A DNA stretch of 64,000 bases from a virus (Duplodnaviria > Heunggongvirae > Uroviricota > Caudoviricetes): IMG/VR virus record IMGVR_UViG_2799112923_000001; one strand, given 5' to 3'. The notes below the pieces were generated by a model, which saw only the letters and a program-made list of their open reading frames with translations, was not told where the DNA came from and ran no database searches. The position numbers were made by a program, and so were the translations under genes. Below, in pieces: positions 40,076 to 50,251 of this stretch (its first letter is position 1; each line of letters opens with the position of its first letter).

Positions 40076-41140
40076 ATGATTGAGAAATTTATATTAAACA
40101 ATTATCTTGAAGGAAAACCAATTATTTCAAACGGACCTTTGTGTAATGCTTCTTTTATAAACATTGGTGGTAAAGATTATATTTCAGGAAGAGAAGCGAA
40201 TTATACTTTTATAAATCCAAAATATACTGGTAAAAATTACAATGTGATTAAGGAAGGTAGTTTCTTTTGGACAGATAATAATTTGTATGATGAAAACACT
40301 GGAAATTTTGTTAAAAAAATTTCCATACATCCTAGTTCTTGTAATGTAGGTTATTGTGGATTGGAGGATTTTCGTTTTATAAAATGGAATGATATAACTT
40401 ATGGATTTTGTACTGAACCGTCAATGAGTAATGGTAGAATAACTGGTCAAATAAGTATGTTTGAATGTTCAGATTCATTTAATCTTGAAAATCGCAAAAT
40501 ATGTTTTACAAAACAAATGACTGAAAAAAATTGGCAGCCTATTGAATGTTTACCTTTCAAAGTGGTTTATTCACACAAACCATTTACTATATTAAATGTA
40601 TCGGATATGTCTGTTCAAATAGTTAATGAAAATTTGTGTCAAGATTCATATAGCGGTTCTACACCAGTTTTGAGATATAAAGATGGTTGGATAAGTTTAG
40701 TTCATAAACGAAATGGAAATAAGTATCTGCACTATTTAATTAAATATGATAAGAACTTTAGGATTGAACGTATTTCTAATGAATTTTCATTTTTTGGAGT
40801 TGATGTAGAATTTGCTACTGGAATGAGAGTTAGAAATGAAACTGTGGATATTTTAGCTTCTATAAATGACACAATGACTTTCAAATTTAGTATAAATTCT
40901 GAAATTATAGATAAGATATTTAATGAAGAATTGACTGATAATACAGTTCATCAGGAAATGTATAATAACTTTGTAAAATATGCCATAGAGTGCGATAATA
41001 AATTAGGAATTGCTGGATTTGGAACATGGTGCACCGACGCAGTTCTTATTAGTGAAATAGTAATAATGGATAATGAAATAATAAGAAATAATACTTTACT
41101 TAAAAAGATTTTTATGGAAAGATATAAAGAATTTTCATAA
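40076..41140 (+). CDS. Probable beta-propeller glycosidase-like protein
   Basis: N.S, GLEDFR, EKNW.P, GSTP, LVH, VEFATG. Confidence 0.55.
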   Translation: MIEKFILNNYLEGKPIISNGPLCNASFINIGGKDYISGREANYTFINPKYTGKNYNVIKEGSFFWTDNNLYDENTGNFVKKISIHPSSCNVGYCGLEDFRFIKWNDITYGFCTEPSMSNGRITGQISMFECSDSFNLENRKICFTKQMTEKNWQPIECLPFKVVYSHKPFTILNVSDMSVQIVNENLCQDSYSGSTPVLRYKDGWISLVHKRNGNKYLHYLIKYDKNFRIERISNEFSFFGVDVEFATGMRVRNETVDILASINDTMTFKFSINSEIIDKIFNEELTDNTVHQEMYNNFVKYAIECDNKLGIAGFGTWCTDAVLISEIVIMDNEIIRNNTLLKKIFMERYKEFS

Positions 41141-41168
41141 ATATTAAAGTTCTTCTTCAAACAAAAGT

Positions 41169-41209
41169 AAAAGCAATCACATTGACAAGTGGTTGCTTTT
41201 TGCTATATT
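41169..41209 (+). promoter_or_regulatory. Terminator hairpin containing an early promoter
   Basis: AAAAGCAATCAC..GTGGTTGCTTTT with TTGACA in the loop; TATATT at 41204. Confidence 0.7.
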
Positions 41210-41232
41210 GCTAATTTTAGAATGAGGAATAT

Positions 41233-44188
41233 ATGTCAGAATTAACAGATTTAATTTCAATAGGTAATTCAATTATAGAAACACCAACAGATACAATAAT
41301 AGCCCAAAGAATAGGTGTTGTAAATTTTTTTTCTAAGTTTCATTCTATTGCTTGTGGTGATTGGCCTGAAGGATTGAGAAGAAAAGTATATAATGCTTGT
41401 TCTTCACAACAAATTACAAATGAAACAAATGATGAAACTGGTTTACAAGAATGTACTGGGGCTAGAATACTTCAAAAAATGCTTATGATTGCTGAAGCAG
41501 TTTATAATACAGATATTTATGATAGATTAAATTCAGCAATTCAACGCTTAGCAAATTGGGAATATATAAATTCATCAAATAAATTTATTCCTAAAAATAT
41601 TGATGATTATACAAAGGCTACTGAAGAATTATGGTATATAATTTTAAAAATGACTAATTTAATTTATAAAAAGAAATTTTTTGGTCATTTTGTAGGAGTT
41701 AAACTTCATATATAATAAATTTGTATTAATAATGAAAAAGAAAATCCCATTTGATGCTTGGCACAGATTAATCCAAACTGAAGACACTTTAATTCCACAA
41801 TGGAAAGGTCTGTTCTTTTGGCATAATTACCACTTTAGAGATTTTTGCCAAGACTTTAAATATGATTATGTAATCTATTTTGATACTGCACATCAAGAAG
41901 ATTTATCTAATCTTCAAGAAATTTTTGATGAGTTAGATTTTATTAGAATACAAAAAGGTGGTGTTTGTTAATGAATCCTAATGAATTATATCGCAGTCTT
42001 TGTAGAATGAGAATTGCGTATGCTCAGTCCCAAATCTATCTGCTTGAAATGGATGGCGATAGTGTAAATCCATATTATACAATGGCTAAATACATTAAAC
42101 TAACTGATTTTTGGACTAATGTAAAAACATATTGGGAAAACAAACTAAAATATAATTTATATCATACTGGTAAATAAGGAAAACTATAAAAATGTTATTT
42201 GCAATAGAATGGTCTTTGGTATTGACTTCTTTATTATTTTTTATATGGGGCATCGCTGGTTTAGATGGTCAAGGAAGAGAAGAAGCTGAAATTTGTATGA
42301 AGATAAGCCCAGTTTTTGTTGTAATTGCGTTAATTTTAGCAATAATTTTTTAAATAAAAGGAATAACTATGACTACAATCAATCAATTTCTTAAAAAGAA
42401 TTACCCAGACATTCTTAAAGAATGGTCTGAATTCCACGAAAAAGAAACCAAAGAAGCTAAAGAAGCAGAGGCTTTAAAAGAAGAACAAGATAGACAAGAA
42501 GCCATCAAGAATAGAGAACCATTGTTTGAATACCAATTTTATTTTTCGTATCACAATTATGGTTGGGATAAATCTACTCACAGTAATTTTTGGTCTTTGA
42601 AAGAAGCATTTGAATGGATAACTGACTATGAAGTTTCTTATGAAAAAGATACTGGTTATTTATCATTTGCCGATTTCATTAAAGAAAGTGGTTATAAGAA
42701 CGAAGAAAAATTCCTTAGACAATGGCTAGACAACATTCACGCAAGAAGCCAAGAAATTGAAGAAAAAGTACAAGACCGATTTGACTGCCAACTTGACGAG
42801 GACGAAGGTCTAAGTGAATGTGGTTGTACTTATGTTTACACTGATGACGAAATAAGAGAAATTTTTAAGAAATGTTATTACAGGAAGATTGATTTTGAAT
42901 AATAGTAGAGAACACATTGAAGAAATGTATTACGCAGTATTACCTGCTGAAAAAGCCGAACATCACGAAACTTTATATTTTTGGTTTTCCAATTATGCCA
43001 GCAGAGGTTTCCCAAGTGATTATGGTTGGAGTAATAGAGAACAAGATAAGAAGTATGCGACCAAAGAAACTCTAATGGAATTTCTACATAACACATTGGC
43101 TTTGGAAGTAGACAGAGGTCATTGGAGTTTAGACGAAGTAGAAGGTGTACAAATTCACAAAGTAATTGAGAAAACAATTACCACTACTGAAGATACTCTT
43201 GAAAATTATGGAGCAGGTATCAAAGAAATCAAGAAACTTGGTAAACAAAGATATGGGTGGGATGTGTAATCTATGACTAAATTTACTGTAAATGTACCAT
43301 TTGAAAAACTTAAAATAACTGAAGAAGAATTAGCGAAAAGACAGGAGCTTATTAAAAAGCACACTGATGAAAATGGCAATATCAATTTATATATTGTATT
43401 TAAAGAATTCTATGAATGGTTAACTGAAAAGGATAAGTAGTGATATGACATTAGAAGAACTTGAAATGGATTATGAAAACGAATATGCTATTTATCGTTT
43501 TCCTGATACGAAAGAAGAAGTATTTAGGTATCATGTACCAACACTTGATAGTTTTAATATGACTGTTGAAGAAAAAGCACTTGGACTTCGTCTTTGTATT
43601 GAAGCACGATTAAAAGATGGCTGGACAGGTGATATATTAGGGAGATAATTTTATGACCCTAGACGAAGCAATAGAACATTGTGAAGAAAAAGCCCAATGC
43701 GGAACTGCTTGTGGAATGGAACACAAACAACTTGCTGAATGGCTACGAGAACTAAAAGAGTTTCGTAACCCCATCAAAGAACACGAACTAACCAAAGATG
43801 ACTATATTCTTTTATTAGAAAAAGAACTTGAGATTTATAAAGCAAAATGTGCTGGACAAGCCGAGCAACTAAAAGAATTAGAAGCCAAATACAATTTAAT
43901 TAAAAGTAATTATAATACTTTAATGGAAATTTTAGCGAATAATACAAATCAACCAAAGTGTAATACAGGATTTCTATAATGGCTAGAATAATAGGTGAAG
44001 GTCCACACGAAACATATTACCATACACCAGATGGTAATTGGACTCATTTGGGTGCTAATGGTAAATCGTGGAAAACATTAGAAGAAGCAAAAGAACATTA
44101 TCACCAAACACATTCAAGCGAAACTGGCTATGGGTGTTTGTTTCTGTTTGGGTTATTTGTTATGGCTATCTTCTTTGCTTTAGTGTAA
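41233..44188 (+). CDS. Early cluster of small hypothetical proteins (41233, 41732, ~41970, 42192, 42369, 42889, 43273, 43445, 43653, 43979)
   Basis: Densely packed co-oriented ORFs; 42369-42902 is a paralog of 19775-20323. Confidence 0.55.
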
Positions 44189-44239
44189 AAAAGATTTTAC
44201 ATAACTGTATATTGACTCTATAAAATAGTTTTCTATGTT
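44184..44239 (+). promoter_or_regulatory. Early promoter with upstream palindrome
   Basis: TGTAAA-N6-TTTACA 44184-44201; TTGACT-N16-TATGTT. Confidence 0.6.
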
Positions 44240-44265
44240 TAATTAAAAAATATAGAGGTATAACT

Positions 44266-44688
44266 ATGATACTAGAATCAACTGTGCCAAAAGATTATAA
44301 TGCTATGCTCCGTCGGTTTAAAGCAAAATATCCATATCTTACTGCTTGGCTAGATGATGGGGCTAAAACTGCGTTTTTAATGAATGAAAAACTTGAAAAC
44401 GAAGATGATTTTATAAACAGTTTATCTATTGAAGAAAAAGACAATCCATTTGCCTGTTATAATTTTGATATTATTTACCAAAACAAAAATATAGCCAATT
44501 TAAAATCATATCGTTATGGTGGAAAACTTCTAGTAAAACATCTTAAAGATATAGATGCTTGTAAAATGACAGTTCCACAAATGGAACAGAAAATACAAGA
44601 AGTAATGGATATTATTGAAGCGAAAATTTTAGATAATAAACGATTACAAACGAAATACGAATTGGAAAAAATCAAATCCGACTTTTAA
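44266..44688 (+). CDS. Hypothetical protein, DF-tail family
   Basis: Ends ..LEKIKSDF directly before a terminator. Confidence 0.7.
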   Translation: MILESTVPKDYNAMLRRFKAKYPYLTAWLDDGAKTAFLMNEKLENEDDFINSLSIEEKDNPFACYNFDIIYQNKNIANLKSYRYGGKLLVKHLKDIDACKMTVPQMEQKIQEVMDIIEAKILDNKRLQTKYELEKIKSDF

Positions 44689-44721
44689 AAAATGGTGGTT
44701 CAAACGAACCACCATTTATTT
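44689..44721. terminator. Bidirectional terminator
   Basis: AAATGGTGGTTC-AAAC-GAACCACCATTT. Confidence 0.8.
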
Positions 44722-45270
44722 TTAGGTATAATGATACGGGTCTAATTCTATTCCTATTGTTTCGCCTTCCAAAGCGGCTTTAAAATCTTCATCTTCTACA
44801 TTAGGAATAGTACCAACAAATTCTTCTTTATCATGGTCTAATCTATACAATTCAGCACTGTATTCATCATCTTCATAGTGAATAACATAAATGTAAGATT
44901 CATCATCAACATAATAGTTTATATTGTATTCGTCCCTATAAGGTCCATAAGCACCATCCGGGTCAACATTCTTTAATGGTTGCCATCTATTACATTTGAA
45001 CATAAATCTATCTTCAGTGCTTTCGTCAATTCCGTATGGGTCATTTACATATCTTTCTTCATTATGTAAGTCATTAAGTTCATTTTTGTAATTTTCCAAA
45101 TCGTCAATACTCCAGTCCGCCAAAGTATAATAATCCAAATCGGAATCACACATTGGGTCATCCAAAATTTCTTCAATTAACTCATGCTTATCTGGTGAGA
45201 TTTCTTCTTTGTTGTATTCCAACAAAAAGCCTTTGGAATGTAAAATCTGTTGTGCTTCGTTCAATTTCAT
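44722..45270 (-). CDS. Leader-family protein (acidic)
   Basis: MKLNEAQQILHSKGFLLE; own late promoter CATAAATA on minus (45306-45313). Confidence 0.65.
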   Translation of the reverse strand: MKLNEAQQILHSKGFLLEYNKEEISPDKHELIEEILDDPMCDSDLDYYTLADWSIDDLENYKNELNDLHNEERYVNDPYGIDESTEDRFMFKCNRWQPLKNVDPDGAYGPYRDEYNINYYVDDESYIYVIHYEDDEYSAELYRLDHDKEEFVGTIPNVEDEDFKAALEGETIGIELDPYHYT

Positions 45271-45311
45271 ATCTAACCTTGTAACTTTTTTATTACATTA
45301 TACTATATTTA

Positions 45312-45377
45312 TGTAAATTTAATTTTACATAATTTTACATATTTTCCATTGACAACTGTAGAATAATTATCTATATT
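45312..45377 (+). promoter_or_regulatory. Early promoter with upstream palindrome
   Basis: TGTAAA-N6-TTTACA 45312-45329 plus an extra half-site; TTGACA-N17-TATATT 45349-45377. Confidence 0.8.
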
Positions 45378-45408
45378 AATAGTGTAAACAATAAAAGAGG
45401 TAAAAACA

Positions 45409-47341
45409 ATGGAATTAGCAAATCTTGAAGTAGCTGTAATCTATAAGAAGAACTCTGATGGAATTGGGTATTATGTTTTGACCCATCGCCCATCTAAAAA
45501 GGATGCTGAAGTTTGGTTGTGGCAGTATACCAACGAAAATGAAGCAGAAATGAAACGCAACTACAAGATTGAAATGATGCCATTGTTTGAAGTTCTCAAT
45601 TCGTTGTTGGCTGAAACTAATGAATTACGAGAAAAAGTTGAATATGCTTTCAGCCAAATCTAACCGATAGGAGGCAATAAAAATGTGGGTTCTCATTATG
45701 ACGATTGTATTTGCAGGTAATTCCGGTTATGCAGGTTGGGGTAGTTCAACTGTGGCAACTCAGGAATTTAATAGTTCTGCTGCGTGCCGTTCTGCAGGTG
45801 CGGAATGGGCAAAGGCACAACCGAGTGTAAAGAATAACCAGAGTAATGGTGGTTCTATTAACTGGGTTTGTGTTCAAAAGTAAACGAGGTAACAAATGAA
45901 CGAAATGGAATTTCCTGATATTTGGGCATTTTATATTCCGTCAGAGCATGACTATGCCCGTGCTAATGGTAGTATTCGTACATATTCTTCAAAAGAAGCA
46001 GCATTGAAGCAGAAGAAATATCACACAGACGCAATTCTTGTTAAACTCACAGCAACATGGGAGGACTAATATGGGTGGTGGTTCTATGACACACAGTTAT
46101 TTTGTACAGAAAGACGAAACCGAACGAGATTTCAACCATAAGAAAGAACCCGAACCGGAATTGGTAATTTATAAGGGTGAACTTGTTGTAACAGAAGGAG
46201 CATAATATGAACAAACTATTTCTTATTCTTGTGTTTGCGATTACCGCATTTGCCCAAATGAATTACACACCGAAGACCGAAGAATTTCATTACACTGAAT
46301 CAATGTGTTGGGTACAAATGGGTGAAATTATTTGTGGTGGCGGTGAAATGAACATTTATCAGGCTTCGGACCGAGTAATTGCTGACACCATTGACATGAC
46401 AGATTGTATTCCGTATGATTCAATGAAGGCCCTTGAACATAACATTGAGTTTAGTGATAGTTTTAAAGTATATTCGGATATGCGTCCATCTGGTTTACTC
46501 AATGTTGCTATTAATTTGGATTGGTCTTGTACTGACCCATTCATTAAAAAACTTAATACTCGCAATAATCGTGATTTAATTTATGTGCGACTATACAAGG
46601 TAATTTTTAAGGGTTATGATTGTCCTGAAAATCCAACAGAAATTTTCTATGATAATGAATGGACTGCTAATAGAGTTTTATATGAATGTGTAGAAAATCC
46701 TGACGATTATGTTGTTCACGATTTGGAATATAAAGAATGGATTAGGAAGAATGGAATTGTATATCCCGGAGCAATTATAAGGAGAAAGTAAAATGTTTTA
46801 TTCAATTATCCATAACTCAAAGAGATTGTTTGATATTCACCAGCATAAAGATGTGGATGACGCAAATGAATATATCCGCAAGGAAATGCCGAAGTATGCG
46901 AAGCGTGGTTGTGCGGAAGATAGGTCAAAGAGTTTCCAACTCTACAAGAATACAGATGCTATTTGGCACATGTATCACGATTTGCCCGTCACTGACGCAT
47001 TTTGGGTTGACGAAGGAGACCACGATATGCACGGTGTGGTGGTTCACGCAACAAAGGATATGAAGTGGGCATACATTCATTTCGGACAGTTTGATGGTGA
47101 TGGTTTCCCATGCGATGTTCAGTTCTTTAAGAAGCGAGAAAATGCTATTCACAGAAAGAACATTGAATACAAGAAGGTACTGAAAGAATGTATTGATGGA
47201 CAGAAAGAAGATGACAAGTTGTATGGGATAACGAATTTCCGACCACTCAATCACCAGGAAGAAGATGAATGTTCTGCAATTTCTTGGGATGATGGTTGTG
47301 GTGGCACGGTAGAAGTTCACCTGGTTATGGAAATTAACTAA
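45409..47341 (+). CDS. Early cluster of hypothetical proteins (45409, 45683, 45896, 46071, 46207, 46793)
   Basis: Strong SDs; 46207 (and possibly 45683) has a signal-peptide-like N-terminus. Confidence 0.55.
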
Positions 47342-47353
47342 TAGGAGGCAACT

Positions 47354-47899
47354 ATGTACGAAGCAATCGGACAGAGAATTAAATCAACTGATTTCCCACT
47401 CAAATGTAGGGCTATGTATTATTTCTCAAAGGGCCGTCATGACCACCAGGAACGAAAGGGTAGTGGGATGCCATATTATGTTCATCCTCGTGGTGTAGCA
47501 TACATTGTTATGGAGCATGGCGGAACTGAAGACCAAATCAATGCTGCTTTCGCTCACGATTTGATGGAAGATACAGAAACTTCATATCTTGAAATTAAGG
47601 CTGTATGTAATGAACATGTGGCTAATATGTGTGCGGAACTTCGCAACAACAATTTCAAGAAAGAACTAATGGGAAAAGAAGCATATATCACTGAAAAACT
47701 TCTTAAAATGAGTGAAGATGCTCTATTGGTAAAACTCGCAGATATGGTTTACAATTCTTATGATATGCCAGCAGAGAAGGCATTGAACAGAATGTATAAG
47801 AATGTTTGCGAACTACTAATCAAGCGAGAACTCAATCCGACATGCCGAGAACTCGCCACTATGGTTATTCTCGCAGACCCACAAGAACCTGAAGATTAG
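47354..47899 (+). CDS. HD-domain (p)ppGpp hydrolase, SpoT-HD/Mesh1-like small alarmone hydrolase
   Basis: H..Q.RKGSG.PY.VHP..VA, AA..HDLMEDT, LVKLAD...N. Confidence 0.85.
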   Translation: MYEAIGQRIKSTDFPLKCRAMYYFSKGRHDHQERKGSGMPYYVHPRGVAYIVMEHGGTEDQINAAFAHDLMEDTETSYLEIKAVCNEHVANMCAELRNNNFKKELMGKEAYITEKLLKMSEDALLVKLADMVYNSYDMPAEKALNRMYKNVCELLIKRELNPTCRELATMVILADPQEPED

Positions 47900-47915
47900 T
47901 TAGCCATACAAAAAG

Positions 47916-47946
47916 AAAAGGACCCTCGTAATTGAGGGTCTTTTTT
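47916..47946. terminator. Bidirectional terminator
   Basis: GACCCTC-GTAATT-GAGGGTC with A/T tracts on both sides. Confidence 0.8.
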
Positions 47947-48901
47947 AAAGTGCTAATACATCTTTTAGATTTTTGAATTTACCATATAACGGTTTTAATT
48001 CGGGTAGATTTTTATTAACAACATAGAACTCGTTATCTTTCAAATCAAAATCTATTTTAACTGGAATACACCCATTTAAAACCGCTTCCATATTTTGTTT
48101 CATACAAACGAATGATGAAGTACAAGCAAGTGCATACAAATGACAACTTAGATAAATTTCATTGTTGGTATTTCTTGATTTTATCACCATATCATTACTT
48201 CTTCTCATAAAAGACGAAATAATCATAGAAACATACTCGTCATGCCAACGAATAAATCCATTTGCCGAAGTATCTAAGTCATATTCTTGTATATCAGGTT
48301 TATAACTGGTCATAGAATGGGTCCTTTTTCCATTGTATAGAAAAACTTCTAACTTGGTCAGGTATAGTCCACCAATGTTCAATACCTACACCAACTTCAT
48401 ATCCAGCATCTTTAAATGCTTTTTCTATATCGTAAACATTATCTATGCTAATATTATATTGACCAGGCCATTCTAAATTAAGATAACCATAACCTTTTTC
48501 GGCTCTCTTTTTACATTCGTTCACTAATTTATCAATAGTTTTTTGTGTTTCTGTAATTTGTTTACATTCATTTATCTTTTCAATAGATATAGAACTTTGC
48601 CTAATTTCATTTATATTTGGAATCATTTTTACCACTCCACATGAATGTACAAGTTGTTATCCCAACTCTCTCTTTTATAACAGGTATATCCATTTTTTTC
48701 AAATTCTTTTACTGCCAAATCTGTATTCACACAACAAAAATAATCCGAACTATTTAATGAATAATCTACTTCTCGTTTTCCCTGACCTGATGCTTCTTTA
48801 ATGAGTTTTGAGATTTCTTCTACGATATGTTCTTTTCCTTTATGATAGTTTTCTGTTGTAATTTTGGCTAATTCACTAGCCTTTATTGAAACTGTGTACA
48901 T
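47945..48901 (-). CDS. Three hypothetical proteins (47945-48313, 48300-48635, 48629-48901)
   Basis: Coupled ORFs; the last two resemble 31602-31979. Confidence 0.55.
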
Positions 48902-48942
48902 ATATCCTCTTTTTTCTAAAAATATACATTATTTTAATTCTT

Positions 48943-48998
48943 TGTAAACATAGTTTTACATTATTTTTATTGACATTAAACTGCGAATTTACTATATT
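48943..48998 (+). promoter_or_regulatory. Early promoter with upstream palindrome
   Basis: TGTAAA-N6-TTTACA 48943-48960; TTGACA-N17-TATATT 48970-48998. Confidence 0.8.
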
Positions 48999-49021
48999 AA
49001 TAGTATAAAAGAGAGGTAACT

Positions 49022-49390
49022 ATGAAAACGAAAGAAGAACTCAATTATATGGTAAATGAAATGGTTAGAGCCCTGTGTAATGGTGGTTTTGGTAGACTTC
49101 AAGCCATGCTCGGTGCTGAACCAATTAGCATTACAGATAATACATTCACATTCTCGTTTAAGATGTTCCGTAAAGCCAATCTTTTCAAGATTGAACTAGA
49201 CGAAGGTTTGGATTTGTATAACTGCTATTTCATTAAGAAACGCAAATACACCACCAACGATTTAATGAAGGGTATTAAACCAACTGACAAGAAATTTGAA
49301 CCAGTTGTGGTGAAAGAAATCAAGGGAATTTATTGCGACCAAGTAAAAGAATTTTTTGAAAACACCACGGGTTTGAGAACATCTTTGTAA
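49022..49390 (+). CDS. Hypothetical early protein
   Basis: GAGGT SD, own promoter. Confidence 0.65.
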   Translation: MKTKEELNYMVNEMVRALCNGGFGRLQAMLGAEPISITDNTFTFSFKMFRKANLFKIELDEGLDLYNCYFIKKRKYTTNDLMKGIKPTDKKFEPVVVKEIKGIYCDQVKEFFENTTGLRTSL

Positions 49391-49441
49391 ACAATAATTT
49401 ACAAAATCGTAGTTGACAAAACTGCGATTTTTTGCTATATT
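49386..49441 (+). promoter_or_regulatory. Early promoter with upstream palindrome
   Basis: TGTAAA-N6-TTTACA 49386-49403; TTGACA-N17-TATATT 49413-49441. Confidence 0.8.
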
Positions 49442-49475
49442 AATATATGTAAACAAGAAAAAGAGAGGTATCACT

Positions 49476-50251
49476 ATGGCAAAACACTATTTCACCATTA
49501 ACGAATTTGAACTCCTGAAAGAACTCAACAAAGAATACGATGTTGAAATGAAGGGTCTCGGTCCATTTGGCGAGAAAACTGGTCGCATTGAATCATTTGA
49601 TTTGGATGATGCCACATTTGATACTGAGTTCCTGCGTGATAGTTACGAGGAAGAAATTGAAAAACTCACTGATGAACAGAAGGAAGAAATTGAAGATAAT
49701 AGTTATCTCTATTATTCCGATGTTAAAGAAATGTTCCCGGATATTGACGATAACTGGGATTTGGGTCAGGTGGTTGTGTTCAATACCGATGTTGGTCAGT
49801 GCGAACAGAATTTCCTTCAATGGGACCGTTGTATTGGTGACATTTGTTGTGACGAAGATGATTACAACACCTTTATGGAAGAACACGAAGAATTTCAAAC
49901 AAAAGAATGGCATATTGCTCAGGTGAAGCAGTATATGAGTGAACACGATATTTCTTTGGAAGATTTGAAGTAATGAGAAATTGGGAAAATATCGTAAAAG
50001 AACTCTTTGAAGAATTTAAAAAAGAATCTTTAAAGAATGATTGGTATGCTTGCCCATTACATACATGGCGAGGTGCTCCGTATGGCAAATACCAAAATGA
50101 ACTAGAACGAAAGATTTGTATGCTCCCCATTGAATACAGAATGAAACTTAACAAATTGTGTATAGATTGGGGTGATAAACATCGTCCTGATTGGGAACGA
50201 AAGATGGATTTAGCACGATTGGAACGATTAAAAGCCAAAGGAAAAATCTAA
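49476..50251 (+). CDS. Highly acidic early protein (49476-49973) and hypothetical protein (49973-50251)
   Basis: Start trimmed to MAKHYF after GAGGT; D/E-rich. Confidence 0.6.

Noticed and set aside
43653-43979. MTLDEAIEHCEEKA as a leader-family member
   Set aside because: Lacks the L...G(Y/F)xxE half and sits in an early cluster
23049-49403. A TyrR regulon linking the palindrome to aroE
   Set aside because: Most palindromes precede genes unrelated to aromatic metabolism and the host is unknown; the match may be coincidental
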